Assembly (NCBI GenBank): GCA_022813865.1
Contig: JALDZX010000018.1
Coordinates: 62,001 to 126,000, forward strand
Direction: 5' to 3'
Origin: Xylographa opegraphella
Taxonomy: Eukaryota
DNA length: 64,000 bases
Part shown: one piece after another, positions 46,201 to 59,311 of the stretch
How the letters are laid out: each line of letters starts with the position of its first letter
Position numbering within the stretch: the stretch's first letter is position 1
The notes under the pieces: model-generated
Told to the model about the DNA's origin: nothing
Seen by the model: only the letters and a program-made list of their open reading frames with translations
The model's database searches: none
Translations under genes and position numbers: made by a program

Positions 46201-47023
46201 ACAAAGTCCCTGCCGGCGCCTAGAGAAAGCTCGCGATCAAATATTGGCCAAGGAACTGGCTCTGTTTGCGCAACTGCGACAGCATTCTAATTCGACATCT
46301 TTTGAGCCAACGCTTGGAGGAAAGTTCCCCAAAGCACAATACGACACTATCATCAATGAGGTTCAAAAGTCTGCTGCTTCTTTCCAAATATTTGAGAAGC
46401 CTTACCTAACGCGACATTAGTATACTCAACTATATGTCCCTCATCGCGTATGCTACGAGGAACTATGGTAACGATGTGGAGCCATCGGACGAACGCAAAT
46501 GGGCCAACGACTTTGCTCGGGTGCTTAGTTCAATACACGTTACATCGCAAGAAGTCACATCGTTGATATCCCTCCTTTCCGCCAGTGTCACCAACTCGTC
46601 TCCATTGCCCCCTTATCTGAAGGCTCCATCGTCGTTCGAAATAAGCATGAAAATGATGGAAATAGATGCAGACATCCTCAGCATAAACCACATCGCTGAA
46701 CCTGGATATGCAGCCTTCGTCAGTCATTCCGCCTGAACACCCTGCATGAGATGATTACTGATCTTTTGACCAGGCTGTGACACAGGTGGCAAGCTCCTTG
46801 ATTCACGACGATCTAGATAAGCTACTTACGTAAGTTTCTCCTGCTACCGCAGACTCGTTCCTTGATGTGGTTCGTGAAAGACCTAACACAACAAACGCTG
46901 ATTCGGCGCAGTAATGTCAAAGAACTTGTTGGGGAGACGGACTTCAGCTTTCACATCATTTCGAGCACGGACTCCTCAGACGCATCGCTAGCACTCGATC
47001 ACGGAAAGGGCAAACGAGACTAG
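43237..47023 (+). CDS. ArAE/FUSC-like (aromatic acid exporter family) multi-pass membrane protein; 13 exons
   Basis: Inferred introns 43413-43462, 43496-43545, 44882-44929, 45195-45244, 45408-45460, 45485-45530, 45580-45633, 45807-45853, 45953-46005, 46369-46420, 46719-46773, 46830-46911. These restore LPRSKFFQTM, FGFRVACGTLSIGI, QRLVWAMIM, QVLILGYELQV, APYRLATVAGG, FEPTLGGKFP, VKELVGETDFSF. Confidence 0.85.
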
Positions 47024-47314
47024 GCTTAATACATGGATGCGTATAGAGCCTTTACCGTATAAGCGTCAGAATCTCTCCACAAATATCATTAGTATCTGAC
47101 AAACTAAAATAGTGGTTTTGTCTTCCTTACAGGGTCACATCTGTACATCGATTGTCTCCACAATCCGTAAGGTGATATCCTCCGAATACCACTCCAAGGC
47201 TCTGATACTCTATGAACAAAATAGCTTTGTTTACCCGCGAATAATTTCTGAGCAATATATATTTGCTCAACGACTCCATCGTACATACTTGTTGCTCGTC
47301 TACAACACAGAAAA

Positions 47315-48605
47315 TCACCTGTACCTTGCCCCATCCTTCTTCTTGTATGGCAATGCTTCCGGTTTCTTCCGCCGGAGTTCAATGTTCGCGCCCTCCAGGC
47401 CAGCCCTTTTCATAACTCCGTCTGTACCTTCATCCCATATAGTCCTGAACAGGTGCACCCCTATCGGCTTAACCATATATCTATCATTAAAGCTCCTCAG
47501 AATGAACCCATCTCTCTCCTCCTTCGTCCTCATAGCTTCAACATCAAAGATCTTTCCTTCCGGTTGCTGCAAGACAAAGATAGACAGCCGGTGATACGGA
47601 CTCCCTTTCTGCGCATGCGGCGGTAACCACGGCAACACGACCTGACTCTCTTTCGAAAGCACCGAAAACGGCAATGAGGTCGTACTCGGCGAAAGAGGTA
47701 TGTTGGTCGCGAGAAAGTGGCACCGATAGTCGAAGGAGTCTTTCTCAACATTCGGGACATCCGAGTCGAGCACCACAATTGTAACGAGCTTCTCACCCTT
47801 TTCGAATAGTTGCACGTTCAATCGGGGCATGATTTCACTCACTCGCGAGTCCACAAACTCCCCAGGCTGGACGTTACGGCGACCGAACGCTAGACTGACG
47901 TCTGCGGTGGGATCGAGATGCGGGAGTACGTCGGGCACAATGTGCATTTGAGAGATGCGCTGCATCATGACTAGGCGTTTGTATTCCCGCCATTTGCGGT
48001 CGGCGAGATAGCGGTAGATGGGCCTGTTCATATCTCCTGTCCCAATAGTGAGCTATGTAGTCCATATGGTTTAGACCCTATGAGATCCTACCTAAACCGT
48101 CTTCAAATCTCTTCTTGATCAGCGGGTCATTCACATCCGCCAGGACTTTCAGCTCTTCTAGATATTTTCGCATCGCAATCAGCTTGCCCTTCTTCCCGGC
48201 ATCCCCACCACATTTTGCCGGGTCAAGTGCTTCGGCTTTAGATATCCTTCGCCGCTGCTCTTCTATTTTTTGTAGCTTCTCCTCCCGATCTGCCTGCAGG
48301 ACCTTGCGTGCTTCTTGGAAGCATTGGTATGGTAGCTGCTCGAAGGGGATATTGCTGGTGCTTTGGAGGGCGGCACGACGTCTTCGGGACCCAATAGGAG
48401 AAATTCCTGTGCTCAATAGCTGCTGTTCCTCTTTGTGAGTGCTAACGAGATTAGGGTCGAGTATTGGGGTTGCGGTTGCGGATTGGAGAGCGGCTTCTTG
48501 AAATTGAGAGACGGTGGTGGTGATGCTACGGAGCTGATGAAGAGAATTCTGAGAACGACGGAGACAGCGTAAAGCAGGCTTAATGGTGTAGGTAGGGTTT
48601 GACAT
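47315..48605 (-). CDS. MRPL35: Mitochondrial large-subunit ribosomal protein mL38 (YmL35, PEBP domain); intron 48037-48091
   Basis: IPFEQLPYQCFQEARK, ADVNDPLIKKRFEDGLG|DMNRPIYRYLA, WLPPHAQKGSPYHR, GVHLFRTIWDE. Confidence 0.93.
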
Positions 48606-48760
48606 GATTGCAGAATATAGTGCCCTATTCGTAGTCTGCTGAAAGTCAAGAGCTACAACTACGTGCAGAGGTCCGGCGAAAAGTTTGCCAAGCATTTGCC
48701 CAAACGCAGAATCCTTGGGTCGTTTATGATATCTTCAACCACATCGCAAACGTGGGTACT

Positions 48761-49714
48761 ATGGCAGCTAAATCTATCTCAAATACTGCGAAAATATGGG
48801 GGTCGCTATGCTTACGAACTCACATCCCGAAGGATCCTCTGATGGTATGTCCAATACTTACGATCTTTTCCGGCAGCAGTTGACGTGTATAGCAATGCCT
48901 TGTACCGAAACTCTCACGCTCAATGGCTACAGAAGCACCTATGCCAGTACCAGAACAACTTCAAGCCTATGTCGACACTAACGTCAGATCCTCGACTATT
49001 CCTCTGGCGCTCCGTGCTCCACCGAAAATCCCGGATGTCGTTACCACAATCTATAGCTTCCCAACTATGGAACCTCTACGCTTTGCTCATTACCCTGCCA
49101 ACCACCTTCATCTTCCATTACGTCGCGATATACTACATCGAGCAGTGATATTCGAAGGCGATGCCACACGTCAAGGAACTGCAAGCACGAAGTGGCGGAA
49201 GGATGTGCACGGCAGTGGTGCCAAAATCAGACCTCAGAAAGGCACTGGAAGGGCTCGATTAGGTGACAAGAAATCGCCGATGCTGAGAGGTGGAGGTGTA
49301 GCATTTGGACCTCATCCTCGAGATTTTTCGACGAAGCTACCAAAGAAGATGTATGATCTAGCGTGGCGGACAGCTCTAAGCTACAGGTACCGTAGAGGCG
49401 AACTCATATTGGTCGAGGACGGCGTCGAGATCGAAATGAACGAGCCGCGCTGGATCAAGCAGATCATGGAAAGAAATCATTGGGGCAATGCGGATGGGAG
49501 GTCTTTGATTGTGACCAAAGGAGTACGGGAGAACTTGTTTCAAGCTATTGCTGGAGCTGGTGAGGACGGAAGGGTGAAGACAGAAGATGATATTGATGTC
49601 AAAGATTTGCTCGAGCTGGGTAGGATCATCATTGAAAGGAGCGCTTTGGATGGGATATTAAAGGATCATTCGAGCGACCTGAACAGGACTGTGCCAACTG
49701 CTCTGTACTCTTAG
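48761..49714 (+). CDS. YML6: Mitochondrial ribosomal protein uL4m (YmL6); intron 48845-48892
   Basis: LRRDILHRAVIFEGDATRQGTASTK, GSGAKIRPQKGTGRARLG, RGGGVAFGPHPRDF; short presequence exon. Confidence 0.93.
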
Positions 49715-49939
49715 GTTAGATTAATACTTTTATATAGCTTAAGTCTATTTATCCATAATTTGGCATAGCTGCTCAATGTTGAAGAAGCCCTTAGCTTCAG
49801 ACTTACGTTTCCAGGGATTATGTGGGAAAAGTGGCTCGAAAGAGTAATTCCCGTGCCGAGGTTCGAAAATTGGCCGAGAAAAGCTTCCTAAGAAGGCATC
49901 ATTTCTCCAAGCATGCAATAACCTCAGCGTTAACTATTG

Positions 49940-51583
49940 ATGTTCACTCGGCCTCTCTGCATGCGAGCAGCTTTACCGCTGAGCTGGATCTCGCGGTTGC
50001 GACCGGCTCCAATGCCTCTGAGAGCCAAGATGCTCAATCCAGCTCTCGCTAGCTTTCCACAAGTCTGTACAGCTCCTCATTCAGACCTTTTGAGCTCCAA
50101 CTAATGTCACTATTAGATGTCTACAGAGGCTCAACGAGCCTCGATACCTAAAGAGGAACCCGATGACGAGCCTGATGATGTTCTTTTCAATACTATTTAC
50201 GGAGTCCGCACGATTGAGCTCAACAGACCCAAGAAGCTCAACTCTCTCAACGGCTCTATGGCTAGGAAGATAATACCCAGACTGAAGGTATACTGTCAAC
50301 TGAAAATCAACAACTTGATCAGTATTCTTATCTCAGATCAACAATCATGCTGATTCTAGTTGCAGGAGTGGGAGAAATCACAGTTGGCTTCCGTGATAAT
50401 CATGGCTGGCGCGGGCGAAAAAGCCTTCTGTGCCGGCGGTGACGTTGCTGCTCTCGCTCAGTACAACCAACAAGGCCCCTCCGGTATCGAGCGCTCGAAA
50501 GCTTACTTTGGACTCGAATACCAGCTCGATCATCTCATAGCAACCTATCCGAAACCCTACATAGCTTATATGGATGGTATCACCATGGGTGGGGGTGTTG
50601 GGCTGAGCGTGCATGCGCCGATTAGGATAGCCACTGAAAGAACCCTGTTCGCCATGCCGGAGACCACCATCGGCTTCTTCCCTGACGTTGGCGGCTCATT
50701 CTTTCTACCTCGGTTGGATGGGCATATAGGGGCATACTTGGCGCTGACGAGTGAGCGGCTGAAAGGAGTGAACGCGTACTACGCAGGAATTGCCACACAT
50801 TACATTGACTCAAGCAGTCTGGGGAATCTGACAGCGAGGTTGTCGGAGCTGGTGTTCAAAGACTACGCTGACATGGCAGAAAGGCTAGCCATCATAGACA
50901 CGACAATCGAGGAGTTTGGCACCGGTCTTCCATACGATGAGCCGATGCTCCTGGCTGGAAGTCTACGAAGCGCAATTGACCGGTGCTTTCGTTATAATAG
51001 TGTCGAGCAAATCATGCAAGCCCTGCAGCAAGAGTCTGGAGAAACAGCTTCATGGGCCCAGAAGACTCTTAAAACATTATCCGAACGCAGCCCTACTAGT
51101 ATGAAGGTCGCTTTGCGACAAATGGAACTCGGTCGCACTTGGGATATATCTGACACCTTCCGGCGCGAGAACCACATTGCAGGGAAATTCATGGAGCATC
51201 CGGACTTCGTCAGTGGGGTTTCCGCAAAACTGATCAACAAGCCGCCTACGACTCCGAAGTGGGAGCCTTCAAGCTTGGAACAGGTCTCGCGTGCAGACGT
51301 GGATGCATTCTTTGATGTAGAAGGCACGACACCGCTACCACTGCTTGCGGTTGCTTCGGCTTGGGGAGAATATCCATTTGGCTATCTAGGGCTCCCAAGG
51401 GAGGAAGAGGTCAGGACAGTGGTGATGGAGGGAGGGAAGTCAGCCGAGGCAGTCGTGGCAACATTTTTGACAATGAAGGGAGGAAAACCGGGGTTGAGGG
51501 AAAAGGTAGAGGAGGTGTTAGGGAGGAAGTGCGCGGTTGGGGCTGGAGATGAGGTGAGGTGGCTGGAAGAACGGATGAGGTAG
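49940..51583 (+). CDS. EHD3: 3-hydroxyisobutyryl-CoA hydrolase / mitoribosomal mS47 (Ehd3); introns 50063-50116 and 50288-50365
   Basis: Arg-rich presequence from ATG 49940; IELNRPKKLNSLN, AFCAGGDV, MDGITMGGGVGLS, FAMPETTIGFFPDVG, SPTSMKV. Confidence 0.92.
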
Positions 51584-52154
51584 TGAAGGATTGAAGTGTA
51601 ATTAAAATTGTCCCATTGAGAAACCGAGGCCATTCTGCATTGTCCTGGAGATACAAGAGCAGAGTAATAATATATACTGGTAGTCAACGCGGCAACTGAC
51701 TGGTCTTACCTCCAACGGCTGACGCTTTAGTCGCTCCTACTACCGTACCTACCTTACGCAATATCTTACATACCTTAGTTAGTGCAGGCATCAACCGACG
51801 AATTGCATACTCAATAGGGCATAGTTTGTTGAGGCTGAGCCGTTATGCTAAAGGTAAGGTAGGATAAGGTACCTCGGTACTTGAGGCATAAGCGACTCAC
51901 TAGCGCTTTAGACACTCTTCAGGATATCTTCAGCTCGTCGATCAGGAATACCGACCTTGCGAACATGGCATACGTAAGTATTCCGACGAAAGTCACTCGT
52001 AATCTCACGCTCTGGCTCTCAAGGCTGTGTTTCGGACATCGGTCACATCTGTCGACCGAGGTCCGGTGCTTCGCAATAAAACATGGTGTTCCAATGTTTT
52101 CTCATGTTTGGTTCCACGAGGTTTCTGTAAGGTCTTTCCACAACATTGAGAAAG

Positions 52155-54000
52155 ATGGTATACTGTGGAGTACCGAGTAAAGGTTGCTCGAATTGCCGTG
52201 CGCGGAGGATCAAAGTGTGTATTGTGCATCCAGTTCAATTAATTCTAAAATGCCAACTGTTGATAGTGCGACGCAAGGCTACCTGCATGCTCCCAATGTC
52301 TACGGGTCAGGAAGGCTTGTTCAGGACCACGAGACCAAATGACGCTGATGTTTCGTGACGAAAGCGAAAAGGTCGTTCGGAAAGCTCATGCTCGCAAGAG
52401 CCCGAGAGAACAGACTGCTGAATGTCAGGAGGCGGCCGTGGTGGCCATGCCTCCGGCTGACCTCATTATTGCGCCTCCTCCTATCTGGAATCGACCTTTG
52501 GAGCAGCCTCAGACTTTAATTAAGCATCGAACTGAAACTTATTCAAGCGGCCCCGTCTGGCACCCTATGACACCTCTTCTCGTGCCGGGTTCGGATCTTG
52601 TACGGCTGTCAACTATAGAAGAGCAAGGGGCGCGTTTCTTCATGGAACACTACGTTTCTGAAGGCCCAAAGCCCCACGATTCAAATGTTCCTTTGTTTGC
52701 GACAGATCCACGGATTTTCCTTTTTGGTAGCAAAATGACACGTGATGCGAGAATCTGTCTAGGTCTCGCAGGACTAGCGAATGTTAGAAATGACCAAAGC
52801 ATGATGCTAATTGCAAGATCCGGATATGCATCTGTACTGCGCCAAGTAATTGAAGCACTTCAAAATCCCCTGGAGATGAAAAAAGATGGAACAATAGGCG
52901 CAGCGGCGATGCTGGCCGTGTTCGAAGTATTCATCCGAGTCAAAATTCGGTACTACCAAAACAGCTGACGTGAACACAGATAATAACCTGTGACAGAAAC
53001 TCGAGAAGAACATGGGCAGGGCACATTACAGGTGCAGCAGCTCTTCTAAAAGAGAGGGGTTTGAATGGGCTTGAGCGTAGGGACGATGTCAGAACCTTCG
53101 TCCAGCTGTGCTTTGCAATTGTAGGTGTCCATGTTGAGTTTCAGCATTTGGTGGATCTAATGATATCCGAAGTTCATAAAGTGCCTGCAAAGTGATGAGA
53201 ATGTGCCTCCAGAAATACTGAAATGGTTTAACGGATCCAGAGAACATCAATTTAAGTGCGACCTACCCGCCTGGGGCCTTGCCAGCATCGTCTCCAGGTT
53301 CGTCAACCTGCGCGCTTCGATCAAAAATCACGAGCTTGCAAAACCTATATCAATCTTCTCTAAGATGGCTGCTCTGGAAGCCGATCTGGCCAATTGGGTG
53401 AAAGAGCTTCCGGCGGAGTGGGCTTTTACTACCACAGACTTGACCAAGGACGCAGACATAATGTTTGAAGGTCCATACCACGTCTATCGCAACATCTGGG
53501 TCGCTATCTTGTGGAATCACTACCGCTCAATTCGTATAATGGCCAATGATATCCTTCTAGACTTTTTAGATCAATTATCATCACTGCCATTAGACGAAAA
53601 CTCAGGAATTTCTCAAAAACGACGATGTCAATCCGTAGGGATAGTCTCCCGGCTAGCCACAGACATATGCCATAGCATCCCATTCCTGCTCAATCACAAC
53701 GGCATGGCAACAGAAACCAAGCTTACACCGACTTTGACAGGCGTCTTCACTATCCTCTGGCCCCTCAAGGTCGCTGCTAGCACGAGCGATGCATCCGAAG
53801 CCCTCTATCAATGGGCTCGATCGCTACTGCAGGACATTGGGAGGAATAAGGGTATTGGATTCGCATTGTTCTTGACGAAGGTGATTGATGCGCAACGGAA
53901 GTCTCGGCAAATGGACACGTCAACTAACAGATGTGGAAACAATCAGCTTCCCGAGGCTCCTTCAATGCGAGAGATACCTGTGAATGAAGCCGTTATGTGA
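52155..54000 (+). CDS. Zn(II)2Cys6 transcription factor; introns 52215-52266, 52927-52979, 53121-53172
   Basis: MVYCGVPSKGCSNCRARRIK|CDARLPACSQCLRVRKACSGPRD; fungal TF middle region (HITGAAALLKERG, HVYRNIWVAILWNHYR). Confidence 0.9.
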
Positions 54001-55479
54001 GAGCGCGTACACGAGTACCGACTGATCGACACTTATCTTCCCTATCATATGCGAGGGACGTTTGCTACCTTTCTCGCAATGGAAGCGTACGGCACCCCAT
54101 CCCTCAACTGCTGCACGATGGCTTCGGCGTTGACATCGGAGGCGATTGCTTGCAGGATCAAGTCTTTGATTCGATATTGTGATTGCATCTGACGGAGAAG
54201 CTTCTCGATCACGCTATGACTTGAACCTTGAAGGTAGCGCTCAAAGGCAGTGGTATGAGCCTCTGAGGCTGATGATGATGATGGCGTTGGGAACTAGCAG
54301 ACGGCAAATCGAGCTGTCAGTTCAGATGTATCATGTCACACACATCTGCTCGGGGACCAAGCACCCAGCACCTACCCGGTTTCCCTTAGAAGGGCAAACT
54401 GCATTGGTGGCAATTTCTTGCAGTGGACAGCGTGCCACGGACCGGCCACTACTTGTCGGATTTGCTGACGGTAACGCGCACATTGGGCTGTGGAGTTGCA
54501 GCAAGCAGCAGAGTCCAGACGAGATCCAGAAAACACGAAACGATCGAAGAGAGAAAACTAAAGTCAAAGGGCAGGATGGCGAGTGACGTATGGCAAAGTT
54601 ACTGGAGGTGCAATAATAAGCATAACGTTCGAGGATGCAGCCCAGCGCCAACAACGCCACCATAGTAAGATCTAGACCGTAGATTGAGCCAGGCAAAAGA
54701 AATCCCGTAGCCCATAGCGGAGCAACATCCGGGTGTTCTTCGCCGTTGGCGGTCTTCGAAGGCGACTATCTATGCCGTCCACTCCGGAAGGTTCCGGTCC
54801 TGCTTCGGGAGAACGACGAAATCTCAGAATCCTTGTCCTCGGGGTAGGTAGAGTACCTACGTACGGAGCTGACCTACAAGCTGCTGCGTACGTACTGTAT
54901 CGCGAGCCTCGGGCCAGAACGCCACCAGGACTTGATGGTATTTCGGTGATTTCATTGTGCCTGGGCTCCTTTGACTGATCTCATGAGTCTACTACCGGCT
55001 GTCGGCCACCGTTGCGTCTTCTTGATGCTCCTTAATGAGATAGCACAACACCTTAGTCATTACGCACATTCGTCTCGAAGTCTCGAAGCGATCAGCCACC
55101 GGCTCACACGTCCGGCTCCCTTCCAGCCGGCATTGCCCCCAGCCATTGTCGTGCTTCGGCGGAGGAGCGCCGGACGAGTATGAATCGTCGGAACAGAGGT
55201 GGCGAACGCCTTGACCATGTCGCCGAGCTTTTCGTTGTAGGGCGCTAAATCCTTTTGACCCGCACCCGGAAAAGATCCATGCCCTCGGCCTTTTCTTAGT
55301 TCTTAATTCTTCGTTCTTAGTTTAATCTTAGGCATTTTGCGATATCGGTGACGCAGCCACGTTAAATTTCCACATCATGTATCGCAGGTATACACACACA
55401 CACACGTGTCACGACCGTCACCGAACAAGAAGCATGAGACCACCACGCAGTGCCGCTTAGGACAGCGTACTGATTCGCA

Positions 55480-57660
55480 ATGGAGCCGACCCTGCCCTCG
55501 AGTGAGAGCGTGGGTGGAAGTGCCAGTAGTATCGCAGGCGACGTGGGAAAAAGAAGGCGAAAAAATACCACGTCGATGACGGCGATTGCATGTACAAACT
55601 GCCAGAAAGCAAAAGCCAAGGTGAGCGACTGTGTGTTCGGCCACACCAAGCCCTCCTTTCCCCTTTCTTCGTTTCTCCAACTTCCTACTGACCACCCCTC
55701 CCGTTTGGACAGTGCGATGGTGCCCAGCCGGTGTGTGGCAGATGTGCGGGCCGTCACGCCCATCGGCAATGTCGATATGACTTGCACATCAAGACCCAGA
55801 AGCACGATATGATCCAGAAGATCCATCAGCTGGAGAACGACTACAGCTGTGTCGAGCAGATTATCCGTGCGCTATCCTCGGGCGAGAAAGGCGAGGAGAT
55901 CATCGACCGACTGCGCAACGGTCAGTCGTATCAGTCGATCGCCGACTCTCTAGGGCAATTGCCTCCGGGTAGCTTTGCTGCCATGGCAAACCTATCCCCA
56001 AGCAGTCAGCGAGACTTCTCTTTGGCCATCAGTGATTACGACAAGGATGTAATGATGGAGCGCAGGACGCTCGCAGATCCGGTCCGTAAAGGCACATGGA
56101 CAACAATAACGTCGGATCAGACCCTTATATCACATCTTCTGAAACTGTACTTCACTTGGGTACATCCCGTACACATGCTTTTCAGCAGACCGCACTTCAT
56201 GGCAAGTTTTGACAACTATGATGAGCTGTATTGCACATCCGCATTGGTCAACGCGATCTGCGCCATGGCATGTCACTTGTTCGACAAACAGCCGGATGAT
56301 GGCTTCCAGCCCGGGGTCGATCCGAAAGATTTAAGAGAAAGCTTTATGCTAGAAGCGCGTACCCTGGTACGAGATTTGCCGCCTGAGAAACTTGCCGTCG
56401 TTCAGACTTACGCTGTCATGTTTCTGGTTGATCTGAGCTCCGGAAATGGGGCAAATTCAGCATCCTATATCCGACTGGCGGCCGACGCGATAGATCAGAG
56501 AGTCGAAAGTGGGTACTCAACTCAAGCAGCCGAAATGACCAAATGGGGCATTTATAGTCTTAGTGTGTAAGTCTTGTCGCCACGCGATGGAAAGCCGGGC
56601 TTAATAGACGCAGAGACTGGGCTCAATTCACGTTTCTGGTTCCAACTCTTTTTCAGATACCAGCGTCCCTCGAGCTTCCGAATTACTCTTTCAACCAAGA
56701 TACATCGTCCTGGCAACTGTATCGGCATTTGAGCGATAGTTCGAATCCAGAGCAACCGAGTCATATCATCGACTCAAGTACGGCACATGCGAAACTGCTT
56801 CGTATCATCCATGATACCCTCGCCCTTTTCTATCACGGCCACGAAGCGGCAGTGTCGGCCAAGGATGTGATTTTGCAGTATGCTAGATACCTTGAGTGGC
56901 AGGACGAGCTTCCCGACGCGGTAGCGATGAGGGATGACGACACCCGGGCATTACCTCATGTTATGGCTATCTAGTGAGTTCACATGCTTGAAGCTTTTGT
57001 ATGAGACATTCTAACTCCAAAAGCGTCCAATATCAAACGGCCTTGATCCAATTATTCCGGCCGCTTTTAGACTATTCAGATTTCCCTCGCGAAGCGTTTG
57101 ATCACGTCAGGTCCTTGACTGTCGGCTTTGCATGGAAAGGTCTGACGATTCTGAAGTCATACAGAAAACTGTATACCTGTCGGTACGAGCAACCGTTGCA
57201 GGCTTACTGTCTACTTCATATTTGTGATGCCTTGATCCGGTTTGATCCATCGCCCCCATCGGAGCTAACAGACGTCGTGCAAACCGGTCTTTCGATCTTA
57301 AGTGAAGCCTCGGACGGACGTGGGGCTTTTTCTGTGTGTGGGCCGCTCCAGGCCGCATTCCGTAAGGCCGCCATCGAATGCAACATCCCATTGCCAGACA
57401 ATATCGACGATCTGATGCGATTCGATCCGATACAAAACAACCCAGATGCCATTATAAATGCTACCACCCGGCTATCGTACACGCAACCGATATTTCAAGC
57501 GGTGCGATGTATGAGCGACACGTTCGGAGAGGAATTTGCAGACGAGTGGCGGAAATTTGTGGAGCGAGGTATGACTTCTCAAGAGAAGGCTGTCTGCGAA
57601 GACGTCCGCTCTAGTCACGAGCCTGATGTTATGAAAATCGACACGATTTTGAGCACTTGA
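55480..57660 (+). CDS. Zn(II)2Cys6 transcription factor with a fungal-specific TF domain (NirA-like architecture); introns 55621-55712, 56567-56613, 56974-57023
   Basis: IACTNCQKAKAK|CDGAQPVCGRC...CRY; WTTITSDQTLISHLLKLYFTWVHP, YCTSALVNAICAMAC. The start codon could lie further upstream. Confidence 0.88.
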
Positions 57661-59157
57661 GTGGACTGCATGTCATGCACAAAATAGGCTTTTGGTGAAG
57701 CATGAATGCCTGCTCGTCTACGTTGGCTCTCTGGAGGCCTCAGGCCATGGTCGCTCTGGAAGCCCTGAGTGGTTCGGTTCATTGTTCGCGTCCGAAGTAG
57801 CTCACTCTACCCATATTTGCTTTGTTTTTGCTGATCTTCTAAAGCTGTTTCCTGTCAGAAGCTTGGTGCCAGATAGTCGTCTTGTTCACCATAACTTTGA
57901 GGCCTCGTGATGAGGGATGGGCAGTGAAGAAACCTTGGGAAGGTCTACAGGGTGCAAGCTTGACTCACCTACCTTGAGGCTGGTGGCTTCCAGCGCTTTA
58001 GTCAGATGTAATATATATAGATCTAGAACGTGGTAATCTGGAAATGGGATCGGTGGCGGGAGTGTAGACGGTAGTGCTTGGATAGATACTCGTGAGCGAC
58101 AACGGCGATATGTAGCCTTCGTCGCCTGAGAAAACATGCACTGTGCCTCACTATCTACTTTAGGTATCCCGGGATATATCCCCACGTGACCCCATGCTCA
58201 CCGTTGTCCAAACCCTTTGCGCAACTGGTTGCGAGATCAGTTCATGACGTCGGCTGCCGTCCCTGCTGACCTGTTCGCCAATGTCAACGTTCGGCGCGTC
58301 TTTCCGGTCCGAAAAATCGGCTCCCTAAGGTAGACTAGACTACCTAAGGTATTTGTCAAAAGCCTCTGCGTTGGATCATTAACTCACAGTGATCGAACGC
58401 TGCTACACACAAGCGGGGAACTTGGCCTGTGAGGAGAGTATTGGTTGGAACGATAGATAAGGAGTGAGCGACCATCACGGCTACATTTCGACAACGAGCG
58501 CGGCGCGATTGCCTGGCGGTATCCACAGGCGATTTCAGGCGACGTATCGAGGAAATTTGTATTTTGCTTTGCTCGGTACACCTTAACCTATCCAACAGCT
58601 AAAGCACTGACAAATCTCCCGCGTACCGGTGAGAGCATCTACAGTACGGACTCGGGAGTACCATCTTTTGCTATGACTGTTTCCGCTGGGATTATCACTT
58701 TTGTACTGAAATCGCTCTTGCATTCTACTGGAATAAACTCGAAAAAAGGGTCTAGGCTTGGCGGAATGAATGGCTGCGAAGCGCGTGCAATATTTACCGT
58801 GGCTTTACTTGGCTTTACGAGCTGGTTAAAGGGTTTTCTGTAGCTAAAGGCTACCATCGCGATTAGGCCTTGTGGAGCGTTGCCCGGGCGCTGTTTCGTA
58901 AAGCGAACCCGCAAACCTCGCGTGTGAAGAATTTTGGTGTACTGCTCCGTATCGCAACTCGATATTCAAGCCAACTGAGAATGCCGCTCTGGGGATTGCG
59001 AACTGACTCATTCTCGCAAAGTCGTGCCGCCCTTCTGTCTTTGACCGCTAAAACAATTACAGCAGGTGCAATTGATACAAGGACTAGGCCCCTACGGGCC
59101 TTATCTCGACCGCTCTTTTGACTCATCGAGTGGCTAACAATTCTGAAACTTCTGTCT

Positions 59158-59200
59158 GTATATATATACATTCATACATATATACATACTTATATATATC
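59158..59200. repeat. TA-rich low-complexity tract upstream of the ABC transporter (TATA-like)
   Basis: gtatatatatacattcatacatatatacatacttatatatatc. Confidence 0.7.
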
Positions 59201-59311
59201 TCTTCCCCGTCTTCAATGAATAATGACCAAGATTGTACGAAGGAAGCTAGGTCGCCAGCTCTCGGAATTGCGCAATAAGTTCACAATCGCAAATGCTTGA
59301 ACATCAGTGTC

